DNA of 52,679 nucleotides from Octopus bimaculoides (taxonomy: Eukaryota): NCBI RefSeq assembly GCF_001194135.2, contig NC_068981.1, forward strand, positions 73,263,048-73,315,726, written 5' to 3'. This document shows positions 1 to 11,820 of this stretch, piece by piece (the first letter of the stretch is position 1; each line of letters starts with the position of its first letter). Position numbers and translations under genes: made by a program. The notes below the pieces were generated by a model. That model ran no database searches. It had not been told where the DNA came from and worked only from the letters and a program-made list of their open reading frames with translations.

Positions 1-3
1 AAA

Positions 4-5
4 GA

Positions 6-40
<35 letters not shown>

Positions 41-510
41 GTATCTATCTATCTATCAGTCTGTCTAGCTGTGTGCCCGTCTGTCGATCTGTCTAACTGT
101 CTGTCTGTTTAACTGTCTGTCTGTCTAACTGTCTGTCTAACTATCTGTCTAACTGTCTGTCTAACTGTCTGTTTGCTTGACTTTATGTCTGTCTATCTAT
201 CTATCACTTCAATTATTTATCAACTTATCTATCTATGCATTCATCTATCCATCAACGCACCAACCTATTTACTAACCAACCAACCAACCAACCAACCAAC
301 CAGCCAACCAACCAACCAGCCAACCAACCTACCTACCTACCTACCTACCTACCTACCTACCTACCTCCCTGCCTGCCTGCCTGCCTGCCTGCTTGTCTGT
401 CAGTCTGTTTGGCTATCTGTCTGTCTGTTTGGCTATCTGTCTGTCAGTCTATTTCTTTGTCCGTCACTTTCTTCCTCTATCCATCTATCTATCTGCTCAT
501 CTATCTCTCC
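4..510. repeat. Compound tetranucleotide microsatellite array (TATC, CTGT, ACCA, ACCT, GCCT)
   Basis: Successive runs of 4-mer units; ORFs 173..562 and 235..603 are translations of these repeats. Confidence 0.97.
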
Positions 511-1204
511 ATCTGTCGGTCGATCTACGTCTATGCGCACGTGTGTGCCTTTAGGAGATTAGCGTCTGTCCAAGAGTGCCCACTTGGGATTAAAAAATAT
601 TAGACAAAACATACACAAAATGTACTTTAAGATAACATGGATTCTTTAATTTAGAAACTTGATTGTCTTATGTCACATCTGGTGGATGTGTCTGTACGTC
701 TGCATGTGCATGTGTACGTGTATATATTTATGTGTGTGAGTGTATATGTGCGTTTGTGGTGTACATGTGTGCGTATGTTCATGCATTTATATGCTTATGC
801 GATGCAGAAAATCATTAATAGATTAGCCCGAATATGAACATATGTGTAAATGTCACTTGAGATTAAAAACTACACCAACCTGTTGCCTTAAATTTCAACA
901 TCTAGTCCTGTCTAGATCTCGAATTCAAACCAGTTGCCCAGCAAGACAGTAAACATAAGGACCCAGATCAGAGCACTTCCTGTAAATTAGTGTTCCGTAA
1001 TCGATTGCATGTCAATATTTGCTGATGATAGATAAAAGATGATACGAATGAGCATAAGAGAGATAAAAAGAAAGAGAGAGAGGGGGAAAGGAAGAGAGTG
1101 AGGAAAAGAGAGAGAGAGAAAGAAAAGAGAAGGAAAGCCGGAATGGTATAGAAGAAACGATGAGTTAGAATCTCCATTAAATTACTCTCAATATTGTTAT
1201 CACA

Positions 1205-1395
1205 AACAGGGCGGCGCAATGCTTAGCGGCATTTCAATCGTTTTTACGTTCTGAGTTCAAATTCCACTGAGGTCGGCTTCGCCTTTGATCCGTTTTAAGT
1301 CGATAAATTAAGTACCAGTTGAGTACTGGGGAGATGTAATCGACTTACCTCTCTCCCGAAATTGCTGGCCTTGTGCCAAAATTTGAAGGTAGTAT
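1205..1395 (+). mobile_element. tRNA-derived SINE, family A (octopus OK/OR-like), 5'-degraded copy
   Basis: ATGCTTAGCGGCATTTC...ACGTTCTGAGTTCAAATTCC (box B-like)...GTCGATAAATTAAGTACCAG matches the copies at 36.6, 37.4, 38.1 and 49.0 kb. Confidence 0.85.
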
Positions 1396-1599
1396 TGTAT
1401 TCACAAATAGAATAACCTACCGATCATTAGAATGGTGTTGCTGTTGTCGTTTACATCTCAGGCTATGATGAAGGACATTCTACCCGTAAACGACTCGTTT
1501 TCTTTTCTGCGTTTCTGAACCAAACTATGTAATGTGTCCTTTTCTTATTCATACTTGTATATTAACTGCGCAGTTTTAATTTTTGGTTTCATGGATCAA

Positions 1600-2060
1600 C
1601 AGTCCGTCGATTGCAAACATAGTCAATTTATTGAGTAGCAATGAATTACAGATAGCTGCGGCATTGAGAGGAGGCACTGATATTTTTTATCCATGAAAAT
1701 ACCGCTGTGATGGTTTGGGATAGCACGGACTTTCTTGCCACTTAAACGCTGATCATCCTGATGATCAACAAGACAGTGAAGCAAGCGTTTGCCTCAACTA
1801 ATATTTCTTCACTTCTGGAACCAATCTATCTGCTCTTACGGATCATACAAGATCAGCTGTTATGGCTTTGTGTCCTCAAATCAGGAAACACTGTCTACTC
1901 TAGGAAATCGATGTAACGGATATTTTCGCTGTAATGCCCTTAACTGTGCTGTTCTTGCATGTCCTATCGTACCAGCAGACCAGAAGGTACATGGATCCAT
2001 GAAAGAATCTCACATGCCACTGTACAAGCTAATGTTACTAGCGTTAGCTCTTTTTTCTGC
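1600..2060 (-). mobile_element. Heavily decayed Tc1/mariner-like transposase N-terminal (DNA-binding) relic
   Basis: Minus-strand translation with stops and frameshifts: FWSAGTIGHARTAQLRALQRKYP...FEDT, then EEILVEANACF...VARKSVLSQT. This resembles the paired HTH region of DUF4817-type Tc1 transposases. Confidence 0.4.
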
Positions 2061-2781
2061 TAATCTATTTTCAAGTGAACTGCTTTTTTTAGTACTGTTT
2101 ACTTATATTTTATTCGAAATGCCAGTATAAAAACCATCAGCGGAACGTAAAACTTTTACATCGTAGGGTACGATTTGTAAGAGATTTGACTGATATTTCT
2201 AGAAGTTTGTATGCCCACGTAGATATTGTCTCATTAGTTTGCTAAAAGGATATTTTCTTAAAATTAACACAAGGCCACATATTTAGAAGGAATGGATATA
2301 ATCTTGTGCACATAATCTCCAGCACGTAATCAAGTATTCGTTGATCACTGTCTACAAATCACTGTTGAACACTGTCTACAAATCATAATTGACAAAAAAC
2401 CTATCGAAGCCAAATGCATTGAGCGTTTCCTCTACAGTGTATCATACAAAATGGAGTTTCTCCTGGATAAATGTTCACAAAATTGCATATGTTGTCGTGG
2501 GTCTGATGACAGTAAGCACACGCGCGTGCGTCCACATGCATAAAAACTGACTTGTTGGACCAACGACACACTGTAGAGGAAATATTCATAACCCCGAAAC
2601 TTTCCATTATGATCACTTTCCGATTTATACAACTGAAATTGCTCCGTCTGCCAATAGCCAAATGTCCTTTGCAACACCTCACATCATTTCCTCACAAAGA
2701 GGTTTATGTGACTTTTCTCCGATATTCAGACTGAAAGCTGCCTTGTGCATTTACAGGTGAAGCTCTCAACCCCCCACGATG

Positions 2782-3150
2782 TACTCTTTACTTGTTTCAG
2801 TCATTTGACTGCGGCCATGCTGGGGTACCGCCTTTAGTCGAGCAAATCGACGCCAGGACTTATTCTTTGTAAGCCTAGTACTTATTCTATCGGTCTCTTT
2901 TTGCCGAACCGCTAAGTTACGGGGACGTAAACACACCACCATCGGTTGTCAAGCGAAGTTGGGTGGGGAACAAATACAGACACACAAACATATACACACA
3001 CATACATATATATATATATACACATATATATACGACGGGCTTCTTTCAGTTTCCGTCTACCAAATCCACTCACAAGGCTTTGGTCGGCCCGAGGCTATAG
3101 TAGAAGACACTTGCCCAAGGTGCTACGCAGTGGGACTGAACTCAGAACCT
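2782..3150 (-). mobile_element. tRNA-derived SINE, family B, with internal (CA)/(TA) microsatellite
   Basis: Minus strand reads GGTTCTGAGTTCAGTCCC head, CCTTGGGCAAGTGTCTTCTACTATAGCC body, microsatellite, then tail ending GACTGAAACAAG. Same layout at 18.9, 42.7 and 46.3 kb. Confidence 0.9.
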
Positions 3151-4045
3151 AAGTGCTAATCAAATCTCTCTTGACTCGACCTTCCAATTTAGTGTCTAAA
3201 TTTTAGTAGGTTACCTGAATATCGTACTGAAAACTGAATATCTTGGAAGCAATGAATGAGAGAAAGATGAATATCTGAGTGAACACATACAAGAGTTAAG
3301 GACTTCTACTGTTATCTCTCTGTTTCTAGTCATCCTTTGTAATAGTTTCATGTCTTCTTTCGTATCTTAAAGGAAATTTGATATCTTCATGTATATTTCA
3401 ATGATATCAAGTTCTGTGAAACAAAACAACAACCCACGCGTGAAGTTCAGTGTATTATCGTCGTTTGCACTGTTGCCGCTCCTACTGCAGCTGTAGATTT
3501 TGTTATTATTCTTCTTGGTATTATAGCGATTGTTATCGGTTCTGTTCTGCTTTCTGTCATTGCTTCTACGAACATATTTTGCTCTACTACTTTTAAAAAT
3601 GAGCCAAAGAGCGAGAATGTACATGGTTGGTCGACTTGTTAGAAAGAAATACCAAATTTTCTTCCAAATCATACTTTATTGTTTTAAAGTAAAGAATACA
3701 TTAGTTTGCGTAATTACATATACAGTATGAAAGTATACCCAACAGTGAAAAAAAAAATGGTCTTCGTGGGGACGTCTTTGATCATGGGTCTGCTCAGTCA
3801 GTGTGCACAGAATTTCCCGATATGCTAAGTGGGAGGAAAAATGCAGCTCAGAGCAGTTTGTCACAGTGATTCGGAGTTTCTTGTATAATCAAAGGGCAGG
3901 AAACTGTGTAGCTTCCTGAGACATTGAACAACAAAATAGGCAGAAGAATACCCTGAAAGTTGATACCCTTGATGCTCATCTTGATAAATTCCAGGAATAC
4001 ATTAGGCATACTCAGAGGAGTGAAGAGTGGGTCTCATGACCGTAA

Positions 4046-4065
4046 ACACACACACACACACACGT

Positions 4066-4106
<41 letters not shown>

Positions 4107-4127
4107 CAGACGCACGCACACACACAC
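4046..4127. repeat. (CA)n microsatellite
   Basis: Direct; source of the poly-HT/CV ORFs at 3960-4389. Confidence 0.97.
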
Positions 4128-4145
4128 TGGGCGGGTGACAAGTTG

Positions 4146-4265
4146 CGCGATCGCCGGCGAGGCGACTTTCCGATGCCCGGTCGAGCAGGAGGGCGCCGCG
4201 GGCGCGAGCCCGAGTGAAGCCGATCGCAGGTGCAAATCTCGGGTGGAAGTAGCAAATATTAGAAC
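4146..4265 (+). pseudogene. Decayed 28S rRNA fragment (conserved core 3' of expansion segment D7)
   Basis: TCGAGCAGGAGGGC...GGGCGCGAGCCCGAGTGAAGCCGATCGCAGGTGCAAATCTCGGGTGGAAGTAGCAAATATT aligns to the recalled metazoan 28S sequence ACGAGTAGGAGGGC...GGGCGCGGGCCCGGGTGGAGCCGCCGCAGGTGCAGATCTTGGTGGTAGTAGCAAATATT, with an internal deletion of roughly 20 nt. Confidence 0.82.
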
Positions 4266-4710
4266 TCACACACACATATATACATAGAGGTGAACGTTCA
4301 TGGATGCTCGTGTATGCCCATGCATGCTCACACTGTCTAGTGGGACCAAAATCATTATTTTCTATCAATAAATTATGGAGTCGGAACATAGTAACAACGG
4401 AGCTCTGCTTGGGGAGTGAAAGTGATTTTTATTACATCACAAATCTCAAATAACTACACACTTTATGTCCACTTTTATATAAGCTAAGCATAATACTTTA
4501 AATTTGATTCATGTGTTTTTTTTCTTCTTATCTTGAGTGAATCAAAATGAAATGATTTGCCCGTTTTCCCAGAGGAAATATGTAAATTTCAAAATATTAT
4601 CCAGGTTATAAAAACAAAATTTGAAAGAAATAATCACCATTTTCTACACTTTTACAACAAAGACAATGAGCAATTAACACTTCTCAGATATAAAAATGTT
4701 TGTTACATAG

Positions 4711-5975
4711 TACGAGCTGCATTCTAGATTGTTTGAGACTTTTTTGTTAAAAAAGGCAAGGATAACTGCTCTAGATTATTGTAATTTTAGTGTATCATTA
4801 CTACACATCTATTAAACTGACCTGCCAACCTTTGTTATTCGACTTTGAAGGAGACGGCTGTAACAGCACTTGGAACACATCCTACTAAACAATGCTTGTC
4901 TCAGCTAATTAGTTTGTAGAATGTAATCGGTACGTGAAAACAATTTGGAAGCTCGCTGTGTGATAAAGTTTCGCGCTAAGTTAAGCAAAAATGTTACAGT
5001 ACAGAAACTTATGAAATTCTCCAGACTGCTCATGAAATAACTTAAACAACCTGAACATCTTCACTAGCACAAGACGTTGAAGGACGGTAAAGGGATGAGA
5101 GGTGTGGAAGGGAGAGGGACAACAGAGCATCAGAGGTGATTGAGAAAATTAGCAATTTTCTAGATGAAGATTGTCGTGTATCTATAACGACAATAGGTGT
5201 AGAGTTTGGGGTTGGTGAGAAAAATGTACCCAGAATTATGAAGATCTGAACCTGCACAAAATTTGTGCAAAGTTTGTTCCAGGGTGTTCGGTGAGGAAAA
5301 CAAGGAAAGATGCGTTGATGACAGCAGGGAAATAGTTAAACTCATTACCTCCAATCCTAGAGTATTTGAATCTCTAGTGACCGGTTACGAAAGCTGGATC
5401 TACTGTGGTCATCCGGCGACCAAGAGATAGAGTGTCCAATGAAAGCATCTTGGTTTCACCAGACCCAAGAAGGCCAGGCAAAGCAAGTCCAACAGGATTT
5501 CATGGTACTCTTTTTAGATAGCAAGAACATCATTTATGTTCACTGGGTTCCCTCTGGCTAGGCATCCAACAAAGAGTACTTTGTAAAGGTTTTAAGGGAG
5601 TGCAGGAAGAGATTTTATCGAAAAAGGGGTCGGTGGCACCTGCATCAAGACATTGCACCAGTTCACAATATCATCCTGACAACCAACTGTTTGGTAGAGG
5701 TTGGTATCAAAACAGTCCATCACCCTTCCTACAGCCCATGTCTTGCTTCCTGTGAGTCTTGGTTGTTCTCCAAGCTGAAGGAGAATCTCAGGGGTAATCG
5801 TTTTAAAAGAGATTGAAAATATTAAGGAGACTGTGGTAAAGGTCAAGAAATGGCTGGAGCGCTACAACAAATGCATTGAAGTCAGAAGATCCTACTTTGA
5901 AGGATATTAGAGTTTTATACTTAATAAATATCTCTCCTGAAAACATCTCAAAACTTTTGGAATGCACCTTGCATA
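4711..5975 (+). mobile_element. Near full-length mariner transposon, transposase pseudogene
   Basis: TIRs 4711-4738 and 5946-5973 match at 20/28. Motifs across frameshifts: VIKF...TETYEILQTAH (HTH), KICAKFVP (WVPHEL-like), LVTGYESWIY (TGDETW), WHLHQDIAPVH, HHPSYSPCLASCESWLFSKLK (YSPDLAP) and NKCIEVRRSYFEG*. Confidence 0.92.
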
Positions 5976-6453
5976 ATCGATATAACAATATCAAATGTCT
6001 ACAAAACTGTGCAAATGCAAGCCGAAAAATCAAGGAATTGCACAGGGCTAGCTGTTAAAAGCCACAATAAAAAGTAACTACTTCTATAAAAACATCGATA
6101 ACACCAGATAATTTATAATAAGCATAGCAACGATCTAAAAATGGCAGTTGCGTATAACGAAAATATAGTTACATTATTCTTAAATTGTATTTGCTGAATT
6201 TGAATTTTTTTTTTCTTCTTTTTTTACATGATTTCGCGGATGCAGTTTTATTATTCGTGCAAGAAATGAGACTTAATATATTTCTCAAATCTGGAATAGT
6301 AAACATGTTACAGATACTACTAACAGCTAAGGCAACAGCATTCACGTCCTCATTACAACGCCCCTCATGTCACGCATCGCAATCTTCATTACTATTAAGA
6401 GAATCACTCATTATTAATATTCCTCATGTTGTTATCGAAGTTTTACCAAAACA

Positions 6454-7423
6454 ACCACCACCACCACCATCACTGACACCACCACCACCACNNNNNNNNN
6501 NNNNNNNNNNNNNNNNNNNNNNNNNNNNNNNNNNNNNNNNNNNNNNNNNNNNNNNNNNNNNNNNNNNNNNNNNNNNNNNNNNNNNNNNNNNNNNNNNNNN
6601 NNNNNNNNNNNNNNNNNNNNNNNNNNNNNNNNNNNNNNNNNNNNNNNNNNNNNNNNNNNNNNNNNNNNNNNNNNNNNNNNNNNNNNNNNNNNNNNNNNNN
6701 NNNNNNNNNNNNNNNNNNNNNNNNNNNNNNNNNNNNNNNNNNNNNNNNNNNNNNNNNNNNNNNNNNNNNNNNNNNNNNNNNNNNNNNNNNNNNNNNNNNN
6801 NNNNNNNNNNNNNNNNNNNNNNNNNNNNNNNNNNNNNNNNNNNNNNNNNNNNNNNNNNNNNNNNNNNNNNNNNNNNNNNNNNNNNNNNNNNNNNNNNNNN
6901 NNNNNNNNNNNNNNNNNNNNNNNNNNNNNNNNNNNNNNNNNNNNNNNNNNNNNNNNNNNNNNNNNNNNNNNNNNNNNNNNNNNNNNNNNNNNNNNNNNNN
7001 NNNNNNNNNNNNNNNNNNNNNNNNNNNNNNNNNNNNNNNNNNNNNNNNNNNNNNNNNNNNNNNNNNNNNNNNNNNNNNNNNNNNNNNNNNNNNNNNNNNN
7101 NNNNNNNNNNNNNNNNNNNNNNNNNNNNNNNNNNNNNNNNNNNNNNNNNNNNNNNNNNNNNNNNNNNNNNNNNNNNNNNNNNNNNNNNNNNNNNNNNNNN
7201 NNNNNNNNNNNNNNNNNNNNNNNNNNNNNNNNNNNNNNNNNNNNNNGCAACTGCTGCTGCTGCTGCTGCTGCTACTACTGCTACTACTACTACTATTACT
7301 AATACTACTACTACTAATACTACTAATACTACTACAACCATCACCACACTCATCACCACTACTACCATCATCTTCAACCCACCCACCCACCTCCATCACT
7401 ACTACTACTACTACTACTACTAT

Positions 7424-7467
<44 letters not shown>

Positions 7468-7468
7468 G
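6454..7468. repeat. (CCA)n, (GCT)n and (ACT)n microsatellites flanking the gap at 6492-7246
   Basis: Direct. Confidence 0.95.
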
Positions 7469-7904
7469 CTGTTGTGTTTTCGATATTGCTGTTGCAACAG
7501 CAGCTGCTTCTAATGAAAAGATCAACTTCAACGAAGGCATCGATATTTATAGTGATTAATCAATATGAATAAAATAAAAAAAAATTAAAAGGGAACGACA
7601 CATTGGATAATGGAAGTCTGACGATAATAATATGAGAAATAAAGAGCATATGGTCAAGACTTCAACGTGGGTCGAATGATAAATAGCCGTGATATACAAA
7701 TATAAATATACTGACACACAGAGACAGTAATTCGGTATTCTGAAAGAAAAATAAATCTTATATTATAAAAAAGAAGCTGATCTCCATCTGTCTGTCCGTC
7801 ACAACATGTATCAGAGGGAGGGAAGAAGGCGAGGAATCAAAAGGAGAGATAACTCTTGTCACAACGTATATTTAGAAGGGGCGGAGAAAATGTTAAGAAA
7901 GAAA

Positions 7905-7978
7905 TACAATGAGAGAAAGAGAGAGAGAGAGAAATAGAGAGAGAGAAAGAAAAAGAGAGAAAGAGAGAGAGCGCCAGG

Positions 7979-8019
<41 letters not shown>

Positions 8020-8020
8020 G
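7905..8020. repeat. (GA)n and (GATA)n microsatellites
   Basis: Direct. Confidence 0.95.
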
Positions 8021-8214
8021 TTGAGAAGTAGTATTACCATGATAACTAACAAGTTTTGATTGTAAACGCGGGAATTTTAAGTGCAAGTCTATCAACACAA
8101 TGCAACATAAACTTCAAAAAATAACTATTTATATATGCCCCAGCATGGCCACAGCCCTCAAGGCTGAAACATATAAAAGAATAAAAGAATGAAATGATAT
8201 ATATATATATATTA

Positions 8215-8616
8215 GGGTTATGACATTTTGACTGTTTTTGGAAGTAAACAATTTCCTGTATCAAAAGCCGATGAACAATTTCATATAAGTAGGGAAAATA
8301 ACCTTTGTTTTAAGTTTTTTTTTAAAGCGTCACCTCCAACTGAAGAAATTTAACACTACTTTTGACTCAAATCAGTCAAAATCCTAGGTGGGGAGTTCAT
8401 AATGCTCACTCAAGTTTGGTAAAAGCTTGAGAAGGTGTTATGAACCCCACCCCACTAGAATTTTGCATCATTTGGGTCAAAAGTGGCGATCGATTTCTTA
8501 AGTTGGGGTGATGTTCTTTTCAAATAAAGCAAAATATATGTTAGTTTCCTGATTTTTATGAAATTATTCATCGAATTAAAGTAAAGGGTTATTAGGTCGT
8601 GAAAAAGTCATAACCC
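8215..8616. mobile_element. About 400 bp MITE embedded in (TA)n
   Basis: Left end TATATTAGGGTTATGACATTTT is the reverse complement of right end AAAAAGTCATAACCCTAATATA apart from one mismatch. A second, roughly 70% identical inverted pair lies at 8324-8385 and 8458-8520. Confidence 0.8.
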
Positions 8617-9245
8617 TAATATATATATATATATATATANNNNNNNNNNNNNNNNNNNNNNNNNNNNNNNNNNNNNNNNNNNNNNNNNNNNNNNNNNNNN
8701 NNNNNNNNNNNNNNNNNNNNNNNNNNNNNNNNNNNNNNNNNNNNNNNNNNNNNNNNNNNNNNNNNNNNNNNNNNNNNNNNNNNNNNNNNNNNNNNNNNNN
8801 NNNNNNNNNNNNNNNNNNNNNNNNNNNNNNNNNNNNNNNNNNNNNNNNNNNNNNNNNNNNNNNNNNNNNNNNNNNNNNNNNNNNNNNNNNNNNNNNNNNN
8901 NNNNNNNNNNNNNNNNNNNNNNNNNNNNNNNNNNNNNNNNNNNNNNNNNNNNNNNNNNNNNNNNNNNNNNNNNNNNNNNNNNNNNNNNNNNNNNNNNNNN
9001 NNNNNNNNNNNNNNATACATATATACAGATATACGCATATACATATATATTTATATACATACATATTGATAATACACATATAGTTTGGTTGTTTCTGCAT
9101 CTGTGTGTTTCTGTATTTCTTTCAACAAATACACAACGCAGCATAGACTAAAAAAAAAAGCTTTTACTATAATAATAGGTTGTTGTTGAGCATATCAATC
9201 TGGTCATTCTAGTAAGATTCTGCTGAAGGATCTATTTCATCTAGA

Positions 9246-9287
9246 CTAGGTCATTACCCGGCAGCGTAGCGACGGATGACGACTAGT
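9246..9287 (+). mobile_element. Tiny Helitron-terminus-like repeat, copy 1
   Basis: CTAG...TTACCCGGCAGCGTAGCGACGG...ACGACTAGT: GC-rich imperfect hairpin followed by CTAG|T. Second copy at 10551-10591. Confidence 0.35.
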
Positions 9288-10240
9288 AAAATATAAAATG
9301 ACAAGTTTAGAAGCAGCTAGGCAATAGAGCACATGCATATACAAAAATATATAAATGCAAGAACAAGAAATACCGATAAAGAAAGCAAACAAAAACACCG
9401 ACAAATCAGTAATGCATAGTTAGAACCACAAAAAAAAAAAAAATTGTAACTCAAAAAACCGGAAACACCGCCGTCATTTTCCCATGATAGTGTCTACCTC
9501 CAACGACAATCTTGAGATATCAATAAAAATAACCAGTCTGAAATACATCTAGCTAATGTACAGCTCATGTTAAAATAACACTTTTTATTTGTATTATGAC
9601 CTTGGCTCCATCTTTCAGTCAGATACCGGAAAAAAAGTAAAGGTACTCAATCACTCTATCAACCACCTAGGTGTNNNNNNNNNNNNNNNNNNNNNNNNNN
9701 NNNNNNNNNNNNNNNNNNNNNNNNNNNNNNNNNNNNNNNNNNNNNNNNNNNNNNNNNNNNNNNNNNNNNNNNNNNNNNNNNNNNNNNNNNNNNNNNNNNN
9801 NNNNNNNNNNNNNNNNNNNNNNNNNNNNNNNNNNNNNNNNNNNNNNNNNNNNNNNNNNNNNNNNNNNNNNNNNNNNNNNNNNNNNNNNNNNNNNNNNNNN
9901 NNNNNNNNNNNNNNNNNNNNNNNNNNNNNNNNNNNNNNNNNNNNNNNNNNNNNNNNNNNNNNNNNNNNNNNNNNNNNNNNNNNNNNNNNNNNNNNNNNNN
10001 NNNNNNNNNNNNNNNNNNNNNNNNNNNNNNNNNNNNNNNNNNNNNNNNNNNNNNNNNNNNNNNNNNNNNNNNNNNNNNNNNNNNNNNNNNNNNNNNNNNN
10101 NNNNNNNNNNNNNNNNNNNNNNNNNNNNNNNNNNNNNNNNNNNNNNNNNNNNNNNNNNNNNNNNNNNATGGATTTTTTCCCTTATGAGGTTTTTTCACGC
10201 TAGCTACTTGATAAATTCTTGTAAAAGAATTCGTCCTATT

Positions 10241-10287
<47 letters not shown>

Positions 10288-10364
10288 TGTATACACATAT
10301 GTTTGTGCGTGTATATGTGGGTATGTGCGTGTATGAGAGAGAGGGATAGAGAGAGAGTGTGTGT

Positions 10365-10872
10365 ATCTTTTATCTTTTATCATTAGACTGTGACCATGCG
10401 GGAGCACCGCCTTGAAAAAGTTTTAGTTGAATGAATCGACCTCAGTACTTATTCTTTTAAAGCCTGGCACTTATTATATCGGTCTGTTTTGCCGAACTGC
10501 TAAGTCACGGATACGTAAACACACAACACCAGATGTCATTTTGTATTTTGCTAGTTGTTACATGGCAGCGTAGCGACGGTTACGACTTAGTCGAGATAAA
10601 ATAGATTCATTAGCAGAAGCTTATTACAATGATCACATTGATATGCTCAACAACATTTTTCTTGAAGCAAATTTTAATTCTATCTTTCACTATCTGTCTG
10701 TCTATCAGTCTGTCTGTCTGTCTCTGTCTCTCTTTCTCTTTCTCTATGTTGCGTTGTCTATTTGTCGGAAGACACACACACACGTATGACAGGCTTCTTT
10801 CAGTTTCCTTCACTGAAATCCACTCACAAGGTTTTGGTCGGCCCAAAACTATAGTAGAAAACACTTGCCCAG
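10365..10872 (-). mobile_element. SINE family B, interrupted copy
   Basis: Tail half at 10365-10540 and head-proximal half at about 10785-10872, separated by other sequence. Confidence 0.8.
10551..10591 (+). mobile_element. Tiny Helitron-terminus-like repeat, copy 2, inside SINE B
   Basis: Shares GGCAGCGTAGCGACGG and ACGACT(T)AGT with 9246-9287. Confidence 0.35.
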
Positions 10873-11112
10873 CGTTAACAAAAGAAAGTAGTAGCACTCA
10901 ACACATTGAGTAGGAGTTGTTTTCAGTTAACAAGAGTTGACAATGCTCCACATAGACGTAGGACACGTCTGCCTCGGCAGATAGTGGTAGAAAAGTATTT
11001 TGTTTTCGACAAAATGTATCAATACAAGAATGATTCTTTCTGCAATTTGTTTTTTAGATTTTGCAAAGTAAACTCAAGACAAAAAGACAGGATCGCAGTG
11101 AGTAAGAGATTT

Positions 11113-11820
11113 GGATCTTTTTGGTTTGACGGGCAACACTTGTTCTCTTTACGAAACACTTTCAAACTTGGGATACTGGTAGAATGTGTTATATAAAACA
11201 TCTTTTTCTCTTAGCCTTCTTAACAAAAATTAGTTCTTAATAAGTTATTTCATGTTAAAGTTGTCGTATTTGTGTAATTTCAACCAATCACTGACGTCTA
11301 TTGAGGTGGAAACATTTACTGCCGTGGAATGTAAACAACGGTGTCATGGGATCTTTTCCCTTGAATAAAATTAGTGCCGTTGTTTGTCAACAACAACTAT
11401 CGGCGGTAGTTATTTATAACATCGTTTGTTCNNNNNNNNNNNNNNNNNNNNNNNNNNNNNNNNNNNNNNNNNNNNNNNNNNNNNNNNNNNNNNNNNNNNN
11501 NNNNNNNNNNNNNNNNNATAAGAGTAACACGGGTAGTTGTTGTTGACAAAAAACGGCACTAATTTTATTCAAGGGAAAGGATCCCATAACACCGTTGTTT
11601 ACATTCCACGGCAGTAATTGTTTTCACCTCAATAGACGTCAGTGATTGGTTGAAATTACCGAAATACGACAACTTTTTACATGAAATAACTTCGAATACA
11701 AACATTTTTATCTGTTATAATACAAAATATACAAGTATACGAAGTTTGAAAGTGTTTCGGTACCAAAAACACTACATAAAACATTAATGAAAAATGTTGC
11801 CCGTCAAACCAAAAAGATCC
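11113..11820. mobile_element. Foldback element with about 290 bp inverted arms and a 7 bp TSD
   Basis: Ends GGATCTTTTTGGTTTGACGGGCAACA and TGTTGCCCGTCAAACCAAAAAGATCC are exact reverse complements. Inner arms (about 11240-11400 and 11533-11695) are near-identical. GAGATTT flanks both sides (11106-11112, 11821-11827). Gap 11432-11517 is in the spacer. Confidence 0.85.

Noticed and set aside
3840-3990. Minus-strand signal-peptide-like peptide MSIKGINFQGILLPILLFNVSGS downstream of the GC-rich patch
   Set aside because: The GC patch is better explained as 28S rRNA, and the ORF closes after about 43 codons.
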